The notes under the pieces were generated by a model that saw only the letters and a list, made by a program, of their open reading frames with translations, had not been told where the DNA came from and did not search any database. A program made the translations under genes and the position numbers. A DNA stretch of 64,000 nt from Eledone cirrhosa (taxonomy: Eukaryota): assembly GCA_964016885.1 (NCBI GenBank), contig OZ024741.1, positions 119,660,001 through 119,724,000 on the forward strand, written 5' to 3'. Position 1 is the stretch's first letter. Every line of letters begins with the position of its first letter. Shown here one piece after another: positions 40,511-56,252 of this stretch.

Positions 40511-41905
40511 AGCTGGATGATCATCAACGAGATCACAGGGAGGAAGAGAAGGTGTTCAAGTCAGATCCAGGGAACGGGGCCCGAGGATAGGAAGAGGAAA
40601 TGGCTAGACCATTTTAGTACCCTATTAGGAGAGCCACCCTCCACAGTCCAGAGCACTGGGGAGATCAGGCGGCTGTTTGAGGAACTGGATATTGAGACAG
40701 AGCCCTTCACCAGAGAGGAGCTTCAGAGAGCCAAGAAGAGGATCAAGGAGGGCAAGGTTCATGGAGAAGATGGAGTGGCATCAGAGGTGATGAAGATGTG
40801 TGATTTTGATGATATCATCCTGGGGTTCTGTAACCGGGTACTGGAGAAAGGAGTTGCCCCGAATCAGTGGAAGATCAGTAACATCGTCCCAGTGCCAAAG
40901 AAGGGAGATCTCTCTAAAACCAACAACTACAGGGGGATCTCACTGACGTCACTTGTGGCAAAGACCCTCAACAGGATGATTTTTAACAGGATCCAGCCTG
41001 AGATGGAGAAGAAGCTCAGGGACAACCAGAACGGCTTCAGAGAGGGAAGATCAACCACCAGTCACATCCTGATGCTGAGGAGCATATTAGAGGGAGCTAG
41101 AGCAAAGTGGCTCCCTGCGGTCATGGTTTTTATTGACTTTAGGAAGGCCTTTGATTCTGTGGACCGTCACTGCCTGATGAAGATCTTACAGGCTTATGGA
41201 ATCCCCAAGAAGATAGTGGACCTGATATCACTGCTCTACACCAACACCAAAGCCCAAGTCATTACACATGATGGGATGACAGAGTTTTTTGAGATACTGG
41301 CTGGAGTGCTCCAGGGAGATACATTGGCTCCCTACATTTTTATCATCGTAGTGGACTATTGTATGCGCCTTGCACTGGAGAAACACCAGGACTCTGGCTT
41401 TACTGTAGCACCGGCTCAGAGCAGGAGAGTTAAGGCGAAAAAGGTATCAGATGCTGAATTTGCCGACGACATAGTTTTGGTGACAAATACAGTGAAGGAG
41501 GCAGAGGATTTGATGCGGGAGGTGGAGACTGTGTCGATGAGTGTGGGGTTGAGAATGAATGAGACTAAAACAAAATATCTGGTAGAGAATGTTGAGAAGC
41601 CAGAGGGGATCACTAATGTAGGCGGGAAGCCGCTAGAATTGGTTGAGGGCTTCCTGTATTTAGGAGCAAATTTGGGAAGATGATGTGGTTGAGAGGAAGA
41701 GCCAAGCCTGGGCGGCGTGCCACAGCTTGAGATCGGTGTGGAAGTCGGACCTTCGTAAAGACCTGAAAATCCGCCTCTTCATTGCTGTAGTGGAGTGCGT
41801 GCTGCTGTACAGGTCTGATACTTAGACACTGACCAAGAAACTCACTCAGATGGTGGATGGGTGCTACACGAGAATGCTGAGGATGGCTCTGAACATTAAT
41901 CAGTA
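40511..41905 (+). mobile_element. RTE LINE second family, RT fragment
   Basis: ORF 40517-41683: PKKGDL..NYRGISL..QNGFR..DFRKAFD..GVLQGDTLAP..FADD..YLG. Confidence 0.93.
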
Positions 41906-42335
41906 TAATTGCTGTTAAAATCCGATGTAGAGTTTCTGTGACACCTAAATCAAAATACAGTCTGCTTAAAAATATAAGCTTTGGGTATAATGATCGAACA
42001 AGGAATATCACGTTATCAAATTTAACTGCTATGATTTACGGATTAATAGGGGAAATATATTTCTTACTTAAAGAAATATATATAAAGGATATTAATCATT
42101 TTAAAAGGTATCTATATTTGAAGTTCTAGTTAAACTTTAATTAGTTACCTACCTAGCTATGTGTGCTTACATTCTTTACAAATTATTCCCTGTGATTGTT
42201 TCATATGTTTATTTTATATATATATAAGTCAATCTATTTCTAGTTGATATGTAATGCTCGGATCTAATCTTTGAGCTTATTCTACGGTGGATATGGCGCA
42301 TGTCTCTCAGACATGACAAGCCTTAATTTTAAATT

Positions 42336-42435
<100 letters not shown>

Positions 42436-42565
42436 CATATATATATATGTATATATATATATGTATATACATATATATATGTATATATATATATATATAT
42501 ATGTATATACATATATATATATGTATATACATATATATATATGTATATACATATATATATATATG

Positions 42566-45325
<2,760 letters not shown>

Positions 45326-45338
45326 GTATAAGGTTAAT

Positions 45339-45971
45339 ATAGGTAAATATTTATATTATATTTTTTAATTTTGATTAATTTTAATTGTAAATTAATTTTG
45401 ATTTATTTTGAAAAATTGGTTGAATTTTACTTGTTCTGCTTATCTTGATATTAAGTTCTGGTATATCAAATTATTACCATAGAACCACCTTAAATCATAG
45501 ACACCCTATGTATTTCTGGGGGTACATTGTACCCTCAGATATATTAACCTTATTCATTATTCTCCGATTATGTAGAGAAAAAATTCTGTCGTTCTATCTA
45601 GCTGCTAAACATTTTTTTTGGTAGCGAACATAGACAACAAGTATACGATTTCCAGCCTTCACTATACACCAACGTATTTATGGGTCACTTTCACGACCTT
45701 TCAGACCTGTATTAGTTGGAGTGAGGTCATATATTTTATCGTTCCTGGGGTTTTTAACCCTAGGAAAGGAAAATGCTTCTCTGATGATCTTTGCTTTTCC
45801 ATTAATATCCATGTGATATCTAATGTTTTGCAAAGTGAAACTGTACAGTAAGAGCTACTCGAATAGGTAAATATTTATATTATATTTTTTAATTTTGATT
45901 AATTTTAATTGTAAATTAATTTTGATTTATTTTTAAAAATTGGTTGAATTTTACTTGTTCTGCTTATCTTG

Positions 45972-45975
<4 letters not shown>
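45339..45975 (+). mobile_element. Retrozyme-like non-coding unit (524-bp period, 113-bp terminal direct repeats)
   Basis: 45339-45451 is repeated at 45863-45975; one canonical HHR; flanked by TA arrays. Confidence 0.7.
45777..45854 (+). ncRNA. Type I hammerhead ribozyme with palindromic stem III
   Basis: ttct CTGATGA t-ctttgc..gcaaag-t GAAA ctg-ta-cag TA agag. Confidence 0.85.
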
Positions 45976-46058
<83 letters not shown>

Positions 46059-46142
46059 CATATATATGTATATACATATATATGTATATATATATATGTA
46101 TATACATATATATGTATATATATATATGTATATATATATATG

Positions 46143-46247
<105 letters not shown>

Positions 46248-46248
46248 G

Positions 46249-46282
<34 letters not shown>

Positions 46283-46384
46283 TGTATATATATGTGTATA
46301 TATATATATATGTATATGTATATATATATATATGTATATACATATATATATGTATATACATATATATGTATATATATATGTATG

Positions 46385-46417
<33 letters not shown>

Positions 46418-46429
46418 GTATATAGTAAT

Positions 46430-47290
46430 AATAATAAATTTGAAGACTAAAATCCAAAGACGGCTCGATAAGGATAAATATATATCAAATATATAAGAAC
46501 CGTAGAGCAAAAATTTATTAAAATAACAGATTAAAGTTTAAGCAAAGAATCGCTGCTTTTACCCTTAACGGGATCTTCTGAAACTAACAAAGTCAATCTG
46601 TAAACGCAGACGTGGATATTTCAAAAAACGTTGCAACTGGAGGAAGACAGGAAGACGATAGTTTGGTTCGTGGAAACGTTCCCTGGCAAAGAACGGGAAA
46701 AAACGAATATAATACGTCATTAATAGGAGCGGTGAAAAATAATTACATGCAAAGACAGAACCACGTTTATGGTATAAAAGAAGTCGTAGACTAATGTTCT
46801 CTTAGGTGGTTCATAGAGACGTTCTCTGGCAATGAACGGAAAAAAACGAAGATTATACGTCATATGTGGAACGTGGAGAGCAATTGCACGCAAAGACAAA
46901 ACCACGTAAATGGTATAGCTGAAGTCGTAGACTAAAATTCTAACTAGGAAACCGAATGATTCTCCGCTTCAGAGTTAATAAAATACAATAAAGTAAATAA
47001 AATACAATACAGAGGTAATTGAAATTAAATAAATACATACACGCATCCAAATACGTACATACACAAGCATACGCGAAAACACTCGCAATAGGTATACAAA
47101 ACTACGCACATATACATGTGTGTGTGTGTGCGCGTGTATACAAATAAATAAGTAATTAAATAAATGTATATAAATAAATAAATACGTATATAACAAGCAC
47201 ACACACATACCTACATGTAAATACACAAATGTTCGGAGATATACGTCAACCAAAACATGAAGTACACATATACACACACCCAACATACGT
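46430..47290 (-). mobile_element. Probable PLE pseudo-LTR remnant with ~142-bp internal repeats and a decayed hammerhead
   Basis: Minus strand 46535-46585 reads agttt CAGAAGA t-ccc-gttaa-ggg-t AAAA gca..tgc TT aaact; repeats at ~46676 and ~46819. Confidence 0.45.
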
Positions 47291-47994
47291 ACGAACCCGC
47301 ATACTCACACAGACGCAAAACTCCCGATGCGAAAACACAACATCGACTTCTCCACCAAGAACATCTCAGTTCCACCGAGAAAACTTTACCTTCGGATGCT
47401 CACGCAAAAAATCGACCTTTTTGCGAAAAGACTAAGATGGAGAACTTTTTTCTACGATAGATACCGCGACAATCAGGACTTTGACACCAAGGAGAGATTC
47501 GGATTCAATACCTACAAATCTCCCCCTCCCAACCCTATGCTCTCACCTTTCGAGAACGACCTTTCCCACCTGGCCAAGAGCATTACATTCAAACCAAGAC
47601 GCAACAGATTCCTACAACAACTCCGTAGCAAAATAACAGAGTATGAAAACACCAACGACATCATGGTGCACTCGGCAAAACTGGAAACCTCTACTTCGTC
47701 AACCCTGACAGATACCACACACTGATCAGGAGCAGCCTAAACTCCACCTATAAAAAGGCTAACCATTCAATTATCGAGGACATAAATCGAGATGGACAAC
47801 AAATTACCTCCAGCCTCGGGGTCGCCGACCGCACTGAACCCCTAGACCCACGGACTCCCTACTTCACACTGAAGGACCACAAATCCAACTTCGACCGCAA
47901 ACCTTCCATTAGGCTTATAAACCCAACGAAGTCGGACATAGGTAGAATCAATAAAAAGATCATAGACTGAGTTATACTAAAAGTTAAGCAAAAC

Positions 47995-49512
47995 GTGAGA
48001 CTTAGCCTATGGCTCAGCACCCAGGAAGTAATCTCATGGTTCAGGAATATGGAGGACAAACGAGACACAAAATTCATCCAGTTTGACATAGTGAGTTACT
48101 ATGCATCTAATACCTTACCGCTCCTTACGGCCGCCTTGGACTTTGCCGAAACACTCACACCCATCACTGACCAGGAAAGAAATATCATTCTCCACGCCAG
48201 GAAGACAGTCATACTTTTCGACAACTCCATGTGGATAAAGAGAGCTCCCGACTCCCCCTTTGACGTCAGTATGGGCGCGACGATTTCGGCCGAGGTCACA
48301 GATCGTATAGGCTTATTCCTACTATTTAAACTCACCGAAATGTTTCCTGGATTCGGCGGTGGATTGTACCGGGATGATGGGCTCCTCACCCTCAAAGGGT
48401 ACAACTCCAGTAGTACAGACCGCGTCCGTAAACAACTAATCAACTTCTTCCGGGACTGGGGATTTAAAATCAGCCTACAAACGTCCCTAACCCGAGTCAA
48501 TTTCCTGGACGTTACCCTTAACCTCGAAAATGATCTGTACTACCCATACAGGAAACCAAACGACAACCTGCACTACATCCACCGCCGCTCTAACCATCCT
48601 GGAAACATCACCAATAACCTGGTTAAAAACATCTCCCTCCGCATATCTCGTTTGTCCGCTAATGAGCAGATATTCGACGAACACGCGCCTCATTACAACC
48701 AAGCCCTCAAGCGGAGTGGCTTCCGGGAGGAAATATACTTTTATCTAGCTTCCCTTAGCGGAACCAGTAGGCGACACCGCCGCTCACGCAACGTAACGTG
48801 GTTCAATCCTCACCATAATGCCGAGGTGGCAACACCTATCGGGAAAATCTTCTTTAGACTCCTCGAAAAACACTTCCCACTACAACACCGCTACCACAAC
48901 ATAATCAACAAAAACACCATCAAACTCTCCTACAGCACCACACCTAACTTCGCACAAAACATCGTCTCCTCAAACAACAAAAAACTCAACCCCTATGGAA
49001 GAAATAACCTAGACATCAGTGGAGAGCCGACCAGGAGGTGTAACTGCCCTGATAGATCTACGTACCCCCTCAACAACAAATGCCGAGAACGTAACGTGAT
49101 CTACCAGTGCAACGTGAGGACGGACACCTCCAACAAAGCTTATATAGGATTAACCGCGTGTGACTTCAAGACCCGGCTCTACCAACACCGACATACTTTC
49201 CGAAACCCGGTCCGGCGACATGCCACTACACTTTCGGGCCACATCTGGGACCGCCAAGATAATAATATAAACTACAATCTCACTTGGAGCTTACTGCCCA
49301 GAGCTAACTCTTACACGGGAGGACGCCGTCCGTGTAACTTATGCCCGGAGGAAACATTACAAATGCTGTTTTCGAAGGACCAACTCCTAAACAAGAAAGA
49401 CGAACTGGTAACCGCATGCAAACACAGATTGCGTAGGGCTTACCTCGCCCTCAAACTCCATAATGACCCGGGTGGGTCGACAAAGGCTGATACCCCCCCA
49501 CTTGCCGAATAA
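47995..49512 (+). CDS. PLE RT-GIY-YIG, C-terminal 505 aa
   Basis: RT motifs and GIY-YIG as listed for the element. Confidence 0.85.
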   Translation: MRLSLWLSTQEVISWFRNMEDKRDTKFIQFDIVSYYASNTLPLLTAALDFAETLTPITDQERNIILHARKTVILFDNSMWIKRAPDSPFDVSMGATISAEVTDRIGLFLLFKLTEMFPGFGGGLYRDDGLLTLKGYNSSSTDRVRKQLINFFRDWGFKISLQTSLTRVNFLDVTLNLENDLYYPYRKPNDNLHYIHRRSNHPGNITNNLVKNISLRISRLSANEQIFDEHAPHYNQALKRSGFREEIYFYLASLSGTSRRHRRSRNVTWFNPHHNAEVATPIGKIFFRLLEKHFPLQHRYHNIINKNTIKLSYSTTPNFAQNIVSSNNKKLNPYGRNNLDISGEPTRRCNCPDRSTYPLNNKCRERNVIYQCNVRTDTSNKAYIGLTACDFKTRLYQHRHTFRNPVRRHATTLSGHIWDRQDNNINYNLTWSLLPRANSYTGGRRPCNLCPEETLQMLFSKDQLLNKKDELVTACKHRLRRAYLALKLHNDPGGSTKADTPPLAE

Positions 49513-50205
49513 GTCAGGGGAAACCCCAGCTTACTTAGGTAGATGTATCTCCTTTCTTTTTTTCCTCTTTGTCTTCTTCTTCCCCCTGTCTCATCCTATC
49601 ACTTCTTTCCACCCCCTATTTCCTTCGTCTGCTTTTCCCCTTTCGCCTACCTCGATGCAGCCCATCGGGCCTCTGTAGCATCAGTTTCCACACCGCTGTA
49701 ATTTTAAGATAGAATTGACCGAATACGTGTTACTAACTACTTATAGCAGACGTGTTAAACCCCTTTAATTTTGTATCAGTTCTGGTACTACTCAATTTCT
49801 ACAAGTCTTTTCTATTCTCAACTTATTAACCTGTAATTGTAAGATAGCATTGTGATTTTCTTTATTCATTTCTCACTATCTAATTTTATATATTTCTTAT
49901 TTCTTTCTATTATCTTTTATTGTCTCCTACTCTCATTCGATTTACCTATTCTATAACCTCCCTCCTCCACTTCATACACTATCCTTAGAATCTGCTGTAT
50001 ACATATCACTTTCAACGCTTGACCGCTCCACTCACACCCCTATTGTTCTTTTAAACGCTTAAACCGCTCCACTCACACCCTTATTGTTCTACAGGCAAGT
50101 TCAGCCACCCTTACCTCCCACCAAATGCCATGATAGACTTATTTGTGTTTACAACAAATTTTAACCAATCCTCTTGACAACTACAATCTTCCCATATAAG
50201 GAAGT

Positions 50206-50302
50206 ACCCCCTTGACAAGTTCGGCTATTTATTCACCAGGCTAAAAATTCAAAGTTAGTCCAGAAATAGCCGTCGAAACGGCTTGAGCTCTGCCGTCGGG
50301 GT
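50206..50302 (+). ncRNA. Type I hammerhead ribozyme, U3-A8 core, full stem III
   Basis: cccc TTGACAA gt-t-cggctattt..aaatagccg-tc GAAA cggc-ttgagctct-gccg TC gggg. Confidence 0.85.
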
Positions 50303-51078
50303 CATACTTTTTCCTATATATGTATATATATATGTATATGTATATATATATGTATATATATATGTATATATCTATGTATATATATGTATGTATATATATA
50401 TATATGTATGTATATATATATGTATATATATATATGTATATATATGTATGTATATATATATATGTATATATATATATATGTATTAAGGTATATTACTTCC
50501 GGAATATAATACGATGTCATCTCTCACAACAAAAACAACCTGATCTATGAATCGAATTAAAGAACGACAAGCTGTGATGTTCTAGCATGGTTTACCAGGC
50601 ACCCAATGTTGAATCATCGTGGATTGTGAGATGGGCATGTAGTCTATAAAATGCGTTTCCTGGATTGTGAGAGTGGTGGTGTGTACGAAGACAGTGGTGC
50701 TGTTTTGCTTCTCATTTGTAATATTTTTGATATTCTTGGTGTTTCTCCACACACGGGCTGCTATATCGTACAGGTGTGTGTAAATAATGCTTAACCAGTT
50801 CACCCCCATGATGCTCTTGATTGCCTGCTTTGACTGCTTGTTTTACTTGTAACAATCTGCCGCACTATAATCTTGTATAAATAAGACACGCGTGCATGCC
50901 ACACGTGTGACTGTTGCATACACTGGCTACTCCAAACTTTCCTTTTGCTTTATCTTAGTAGACTGCCTATGTTTTATTTTAATTTTAATTTTGTCCTTTA
51001 ATATGACTGTAATATTTGTATGTAAATTACCATGCTATATTATTATAATGGATGTCAACCCACTGTGGGTCAATATAT

Positions 51079-51159
51079 AAATAATTGTTTCTGCTGCCAT
51101 ACCTTTCTTGATTTGTTTTCTTCAAATCAAGAAAGGTATGGCAGCAGAAACAATTATTT
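51079..51159. repeat. Perfect hairpin with 37-bp arms at the 5' end of the Neptune-like PLE
   Basis: aaataattgtttctgctgccatacctttcttgatttg-ttttctt-caaatcaagaaaggtatggcagcagaaacaattattt. Confidence 0.9.
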
Positions 51160-51854
51160 CTCGATGAATATGCTGCAAATTACGGTAAAGACTCTGGAAC
51201 CCTGAGAAAAAGCATTAAAAGTGGACAATCTCATCAACACAACATACGCCAGAACACGTACCAACACAAACACTCACCTTACCTTGAATCAAAGAAGAAC
51301 TACGGTAATAACTCTTCGCTTTTTCTACAAAAACACCCTATCGCACACAACATGAACAAAAAGCACAAACACGATAGGTATTCCTTTGACCAGACCATGA
51401 GAAGTAGTAAAACCAGGAGATCATTCTCAAGATCTCAACAGAGACTACCAACAAGGAATGTGGAAACAAAACGTAGAATAACCAGATCACTCTCAAGATC
51501 TCAACAGAGATTGCCCACAAGAAACTGGACGAAAAAACGATCTAAACCTGAAAGCAAACCTAGGTCATTTTCCCAGATTGTTAAAAATAATGCTAACAGG
51601 AAGAAAAATAATATACAGAATACCAAAAATAGGACAAAATACATAACGAAACCAAATATAATATCACGACCAAAAGTTCATCAAGCGAACACCAACAGGA
51701 ATATAAATCCTGAACAGAGAAAAATTCATTTTTTAACGTCAGGACAACAAAAACCGGAAAAAGAAAAACTCCAGGAGGAAACATACCCAAAACAGCTGTA
51801 CACGTAGATCCTAAAATAATTAATTTATCTAAAAGAAATCTTGACAATGATGAA

Positions 51855-54041
51855 ATGCAAATTCTGTCAAAAGGACTGAAATTCACACCGACTCCAACAG
51901 TCAACCACCAAGAACTGAAGGAGGATACCCAAGAATTCTGTCGAAAATTACGTCTTGTAGAATTCTTCGCTGATAAAAATAATGAGAGTGATGAATCACT
52001 AGTAAAGAATAAATCAAATTTCACTCCGCCAAAAGGAAGAAATATTTATCTCGACCAATACATTGACATCCTGTCTAAATTTCCTCTTAGACATAATACT
52101 AATGTTAGGCCAAACATTAACAAATCAGAAATGTCTGCACTTAAACGTATACAAAATGATAAAACAATAATAATTAAACAAGCAGATAAAGGGGGTGCAG
52201 TTGTTATAATGGATACTGAATACTACAAGGATTTGGTTGAGGAACAACTGAAAGACACAACATTCTATCATGAAATACCGTCAAATATAGACCACAACAT
52301 CATGAAGAAGATCAACAACCTGGCTTCAAAATACCACAACTCATTTACTGATAAGGAAAGAGACTACATCACCAATTTTGAGCCGAAACCCAGCAACCTG
52401 TATGGCCTACCGAAAGTTCACAAGTCAAAAGAAATACAACTGGCAGTAAGAGAACAAAACAGTGAGTACATTAAATTATTACACCCAAAAGACTTAAAAC
52501 TTAGACCTATTATAGCTGGTCCAACATGCCCCACTCACCGTCTAAGCAATTTTGTTGACATTATTTTGAAACCACTATGTATTCACATACCCAGTTTCAT
52601 CCGGGATGATATCGACTTCCTGTCCCATCTTCCCAAAACCACGGAAACGAATTCACTTCTACTCAGTTTTGATGTGGTAAGCCTTTACACCAACATTACA
52701 CATGATTTAGGAATAAAGGCGGTTAAATACTGGGTGGAAAAACATAGAGAAGTGATTCCCATTAGATTCACAGCGCCATTTATATTAGACGCAGTTAAAC
52801 TTATTCTGGAAAACAACACTTTCTTCTTCAATGGAAAGAATTACATCCAAATTAGAGGCACAGCGATGGGAACGAAGTTTGCTCCCGTTTACGCGAACTC
52901 TGTAATGGGATACTTAGAACAACAACTCTACCAAGAAATAGAGGAAAAATATAGTACTGACTTTAGAAAGTACATTGAAAAATCTTGGAAGAGATACCTT
53001 GACGACTGTTTCATCATCTGGACAGAATCTCTAGATACTCTGGATGAGTTCAATATCCTCCTGAATAACCTACACCCATCTCTCCAATTCACAAACGAGA
53101 TGAGTAGGACCAAATTACCATTCCTAGATATAATGATAATCAAAAACGACACCACCATTACCACGGATATATATTATAAACACACAGACACCCATCAATA
53201 TCTGAATTTTAAGTCGTGCCATCCACCTCATACAAAACGCAACATCCCATACTGCCTAGCCAGAAGAATTTGTACCATTGTAGAAGATACGAATACCAGG
53301 TACAAACGCCTAACAGAACTAAGAGAATTTTTGCTCAAACAAAAATACCCATCTCTACTTATAGAAAATGGCATACAGCGGGCTATAAAAATACCTATAC
53401 AACAACTTAGAACAACCCAAGGAAGAAGAAACCAAGAACTGGTCATACCATTTATAATGACACACAACCCATGTCACCAGAATATATTCAACACTGCCAA
53501 AGCAAACCTACCGATCATTGCTCAAAGTAATGAATTAAAAGGCTTAATCACAGATCGATCTTTGACTCTTAGTAAAAGACAGCCAAAAAATTTGAAGCAA
53601 TTGCTAACAAAAGCAAAGTTTGACCTTAACAACAAAGACCAATCATTCACTGTATCTAAATGCAATGATAATCGATGCGGCACATGTCAATCCATACACG
53701 CCGGTCAATATATGAACACAAAAACTGGAAAAATATTCCCAAATGCAAATATGAATTGCAAAAGCAGAAATCTAATTTACTGCATTAAATGCCCGAATTG
53801 TGAAGAACTATATGTCGGTCAAACTGGAAATGCACTATCGGAACGTGCACGGGTACACCGTCAACAAATCAGAGACCCAAATGTCCGTCAGATACCCCTA
53901 AGCGGCCACCTGGCAACATGTGGTCAGGGAATATTTATAATATTCCCATTCTACAAATTACACAGCCCAAGTGAAATCAAGAGAAAAATCAAAGAAAAGA
54001 ATTTTATTGATAAATTCAAACCCAAGCTAAATGAACAATAA
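51855..54041 (+). CDS. PLE reverse transcriptase + Zn-finger linker + GIY-YIG endonuclease (728 aa open)
   Basis: KGLKFTPTP, ADKGG, YGLPKVHK, LRPII, FDVVSLYTNI, GTAMG, RYLDD, PFLD, SCHP, C....C..C, NLIY.I.C..C...YVGQT..R...H, E..FI. Confidence 0.95.
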   Translation: MQILSKGLKFTPTPTVNHQELKEDTQEFCRKLRLVEFFADKNNESDESLVKNKSNFTPPKGRNIYLDQYIDILSKFPLRHNTNVRPNINKSEMSALKRIQNDKTIIIKQADKGGAVVIMDTEYYKDLVEEQLKDTTFYHEIPSNIDHNIMKKINNLASKYHNSFTDKERDYITNFEPKPSNLYGLPKVHKSKEIQLAVREQNSEYIKLLHPKDLKLRPIIAGPTCPTHRLSNFVDIILKPLCIHIPSFIRDDIDFLSHLPKTTETNSLLLSFDVVSLYTNITHDLGIKAVKYWVEKHREVIPIRFTAPFILDAVKLILENNTFFFNGKNYIQIRGTAMGTKFAPVYANSVMGYLEQQLYQEIEEKYSTDFRKYIEKSWKRYLDDCFIIWTESLDTLDEFNILLNNLHPSLQFTNEMSRTKLPFLDIMIIKNDTTITTDIYYKHTDTHQYLNFKSCHPPHTKRNIPYCLARRICTIVEDTNTRYKRLTELREFLLKQKYPSLLIENGIQRAIKIPIQQLRTTQGRRNQELVIPFIMTHNPCHQNIFNTAKANLPIIAQSNELKGLITDRSLTLSKRQPKNLKQLLTKAKFDLNNKDQSFTVSKCNDNRCGTCQSIHAGQYMNTKTGKIFPNANMNCKSRNLIYCIKCPNCEELYVGQTGNALSERARVHRQQIRDPNVRQIPLSGHLATCGQGIFIIFPFYKLHSPSEIKRKIKEKNFIDKFKPKLNEQ

Positions 54042-54088
54042 TAACGCCTAGGGGTATTACTTCTACTACCACTATGACCACGACCACT

Positions 54089-54124
<36 letters not shown>

Positions 54125-54430
54125 AATAATAATAATAAAAGTGATGTTGATGGTGATGATTAATAGAAAATGTTATTTTCATCATTTCAAAAAGCAAAAC
54201 AATTGATACGTTGGGTATGACTATTGGACGTTAGCATGCTCAACCAGCCGTGACGCTTAAACCAATCAGCTGTAGTAATTCAGTGAAACTACACACTGAT
54301 TGGTCGAAATACAGTTTACAGGGCTTTGCATTCTGGAGCCACTTTTCTCTGTATAAAATGTATAAAAGGTAGTAAATTTACCCATCTCATTACAGTTGAA
54401 AATTGCAAACTCGACTGTCACCACATATCA

Positions 54431-54469
54431 TGAACCTGAAGATTGCGAAAGCATGAAAGTACTTGTTCA
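54431..54469 (+). ncRNA. Minimal type I hammerhead with palindromic stem III
   Basis: tgaac CTGAAGA t-tgc-gaaa-gca-t GAAA gtac TT gttca. Confidence 0.85.
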
Positions 54470-54591
54470 ATTAACACTTAGAATTTAATATTCTATCATA
54501 CTATTTCATTATAATACCATATTATATATATTTTAAAGGATTGTAAATAAAACGAGTAAATCAGACAAAGTTGGAATTCCTCTTATTAATA

Positions 54592-54625
<34 letters not shown>

Positions 54626-54754
54626 TATACACATATATATGTATGTATATACATATATATATATCTATATACATATATATATGTATATACATATATATAT
54701 GTATATACATATATATATGTATATATATACATATATATATATGTATATATAAAC

Positions 54755-54801
<47 letters not shown>

Positions 54802-54862
54802 CATATATATATATACATATATATATATGTATATACATACATATATGTATATATATATACAT

Positions 54863-56186
54863 ATATTAAGACAAGGGGGAAGAAAAAATGGCTTCACTTG
54901 TGCTTTCAACAAATTTATTTTCTTCACAAAATCCCAAAAGAATTTTTTTCCGGATTAGAAAAAAATTATTTTATAAATTAAGTTGTTGGTTGTTGGTTAG
55001 GTCTTAGGAGTTCTTGGCTAACGTAGGAGGTATTGTTTCGTTTTTAGAACGACCTTTCACGCTGAGGTGCGCTTGTCAAATTGATGTGTATGTGGTGTGT
55101 TGTTCTATATATAGGGATTTAACATGTCTGTGGTGTGGTGGGGGTTTCTTTTCTCCCCCTTTAATAAGTGTATGGGTGTAGGTGTGTTGAACAAGTGTTA
55201 ATAGCAGTAATGAGTTGAAAATTCCTTAAAAAACAAGAATACCCGATGAAACTCATCAACGCAGCCATCTCCAAGGCTAAGAACATCCCAATAACAACAC
55301 TGAGAAAACCAAACCCACAACATACAAAAGAAAACCCTGCTATCTCTTTTGTCATCACTCACAACCCAGGGAACATCAACATTGTGAAAACTGCTAAGCA
55401 GTATCTCCCGATTCTACAGCAATCTACCAAAATGAATGCACTCTTAAAAAACACACAGATAATTTATAGCAGACGCCAAGCACCCAACCTTAAAAAACTA
55501 AATACCAAGGCAAAATTTACGACCAACATGGAATCAATGCAAGTGACGAAATGCGGGGACCCTAGATATGGAACCTGTGAACTCATCGAAGAGGGAAAAC
55601 AGTTGTCCTTCAAAAACCATGATAATTTCAAGGTCAATGCTAACATGAACTGCAAAACGAAAAACCTAATATATTGCGCAACATGTCCACAGTGTAAAGA
55701 GTATTACATTGGGGAAACCGGAATGGGATTACATGATAGAGTCCGGGTACATAAACAACAAATTAAAGACCCCACAGTCAGAAATACCACATGTAGCGCA
55801 CACTTTGCATCATGCGGGAAGGGAAAATTCACAATTTTCCCTTTCTTCAAGATATGGTCGGATAACGAACATTTCCGCAGATATAAAGAAGAATTCTTCA
55901 TTGAAAAATTTAAACACGAAAAAATGAATTAACACTCGGAGGTAAAATTCCATTTCACTACCCCACCCCTCTTCTTATGTATACACATGAATATCTGAGT
56001 GAACGGTGAGACACAACACATATATGTGTGTAGGTATGTATGGATGTATGTACGTGTGGGTATATATGTATGTGGGTGTGTGTATGTGTGTGTGTGTGTG
56101 TGTGTATATATATGTATGGATGTGTGTATGTTTGTATGTGTGTGTGTATATATATATATATTGGCAACATGACCCTCCCAAAGTAT

Positions 56187-56252
<66 letters not shown>

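Larger units (their letters stand above)
47300..50315 (+). mobile_element. Penelope-like element (Naiad-like, GC-richer), nearly full ORF with lesions
   Basis: STKNISVP..KRLRWR..FGFNT (47327-47725); ORF 47995-49512 with FIQFDI, FDVSMG, GGLYRDD, SNHP, CNC, YIG, CNLC..E; HHR at the 3' end. Confidence 0.92.
51079..54585 (+). mobile_element. Penelope-like element (Neptune-like), near full-length
   Basis: Basic N-terminal ORF 51352-51807, ORF 51855-54041, 3' pseudo-LTR with CCAAT/TATA-like motifs and an HHR. Confidence 0.92.

Noticed and set aside
47960-47975. In-frame TGA in a Naiad-like RT as possible selenocysteine
   Set aside because: It aligns to R/G/L in the other copies, not Cys; most simply a CGA-to-TGA decay, and no SECIS was recognised
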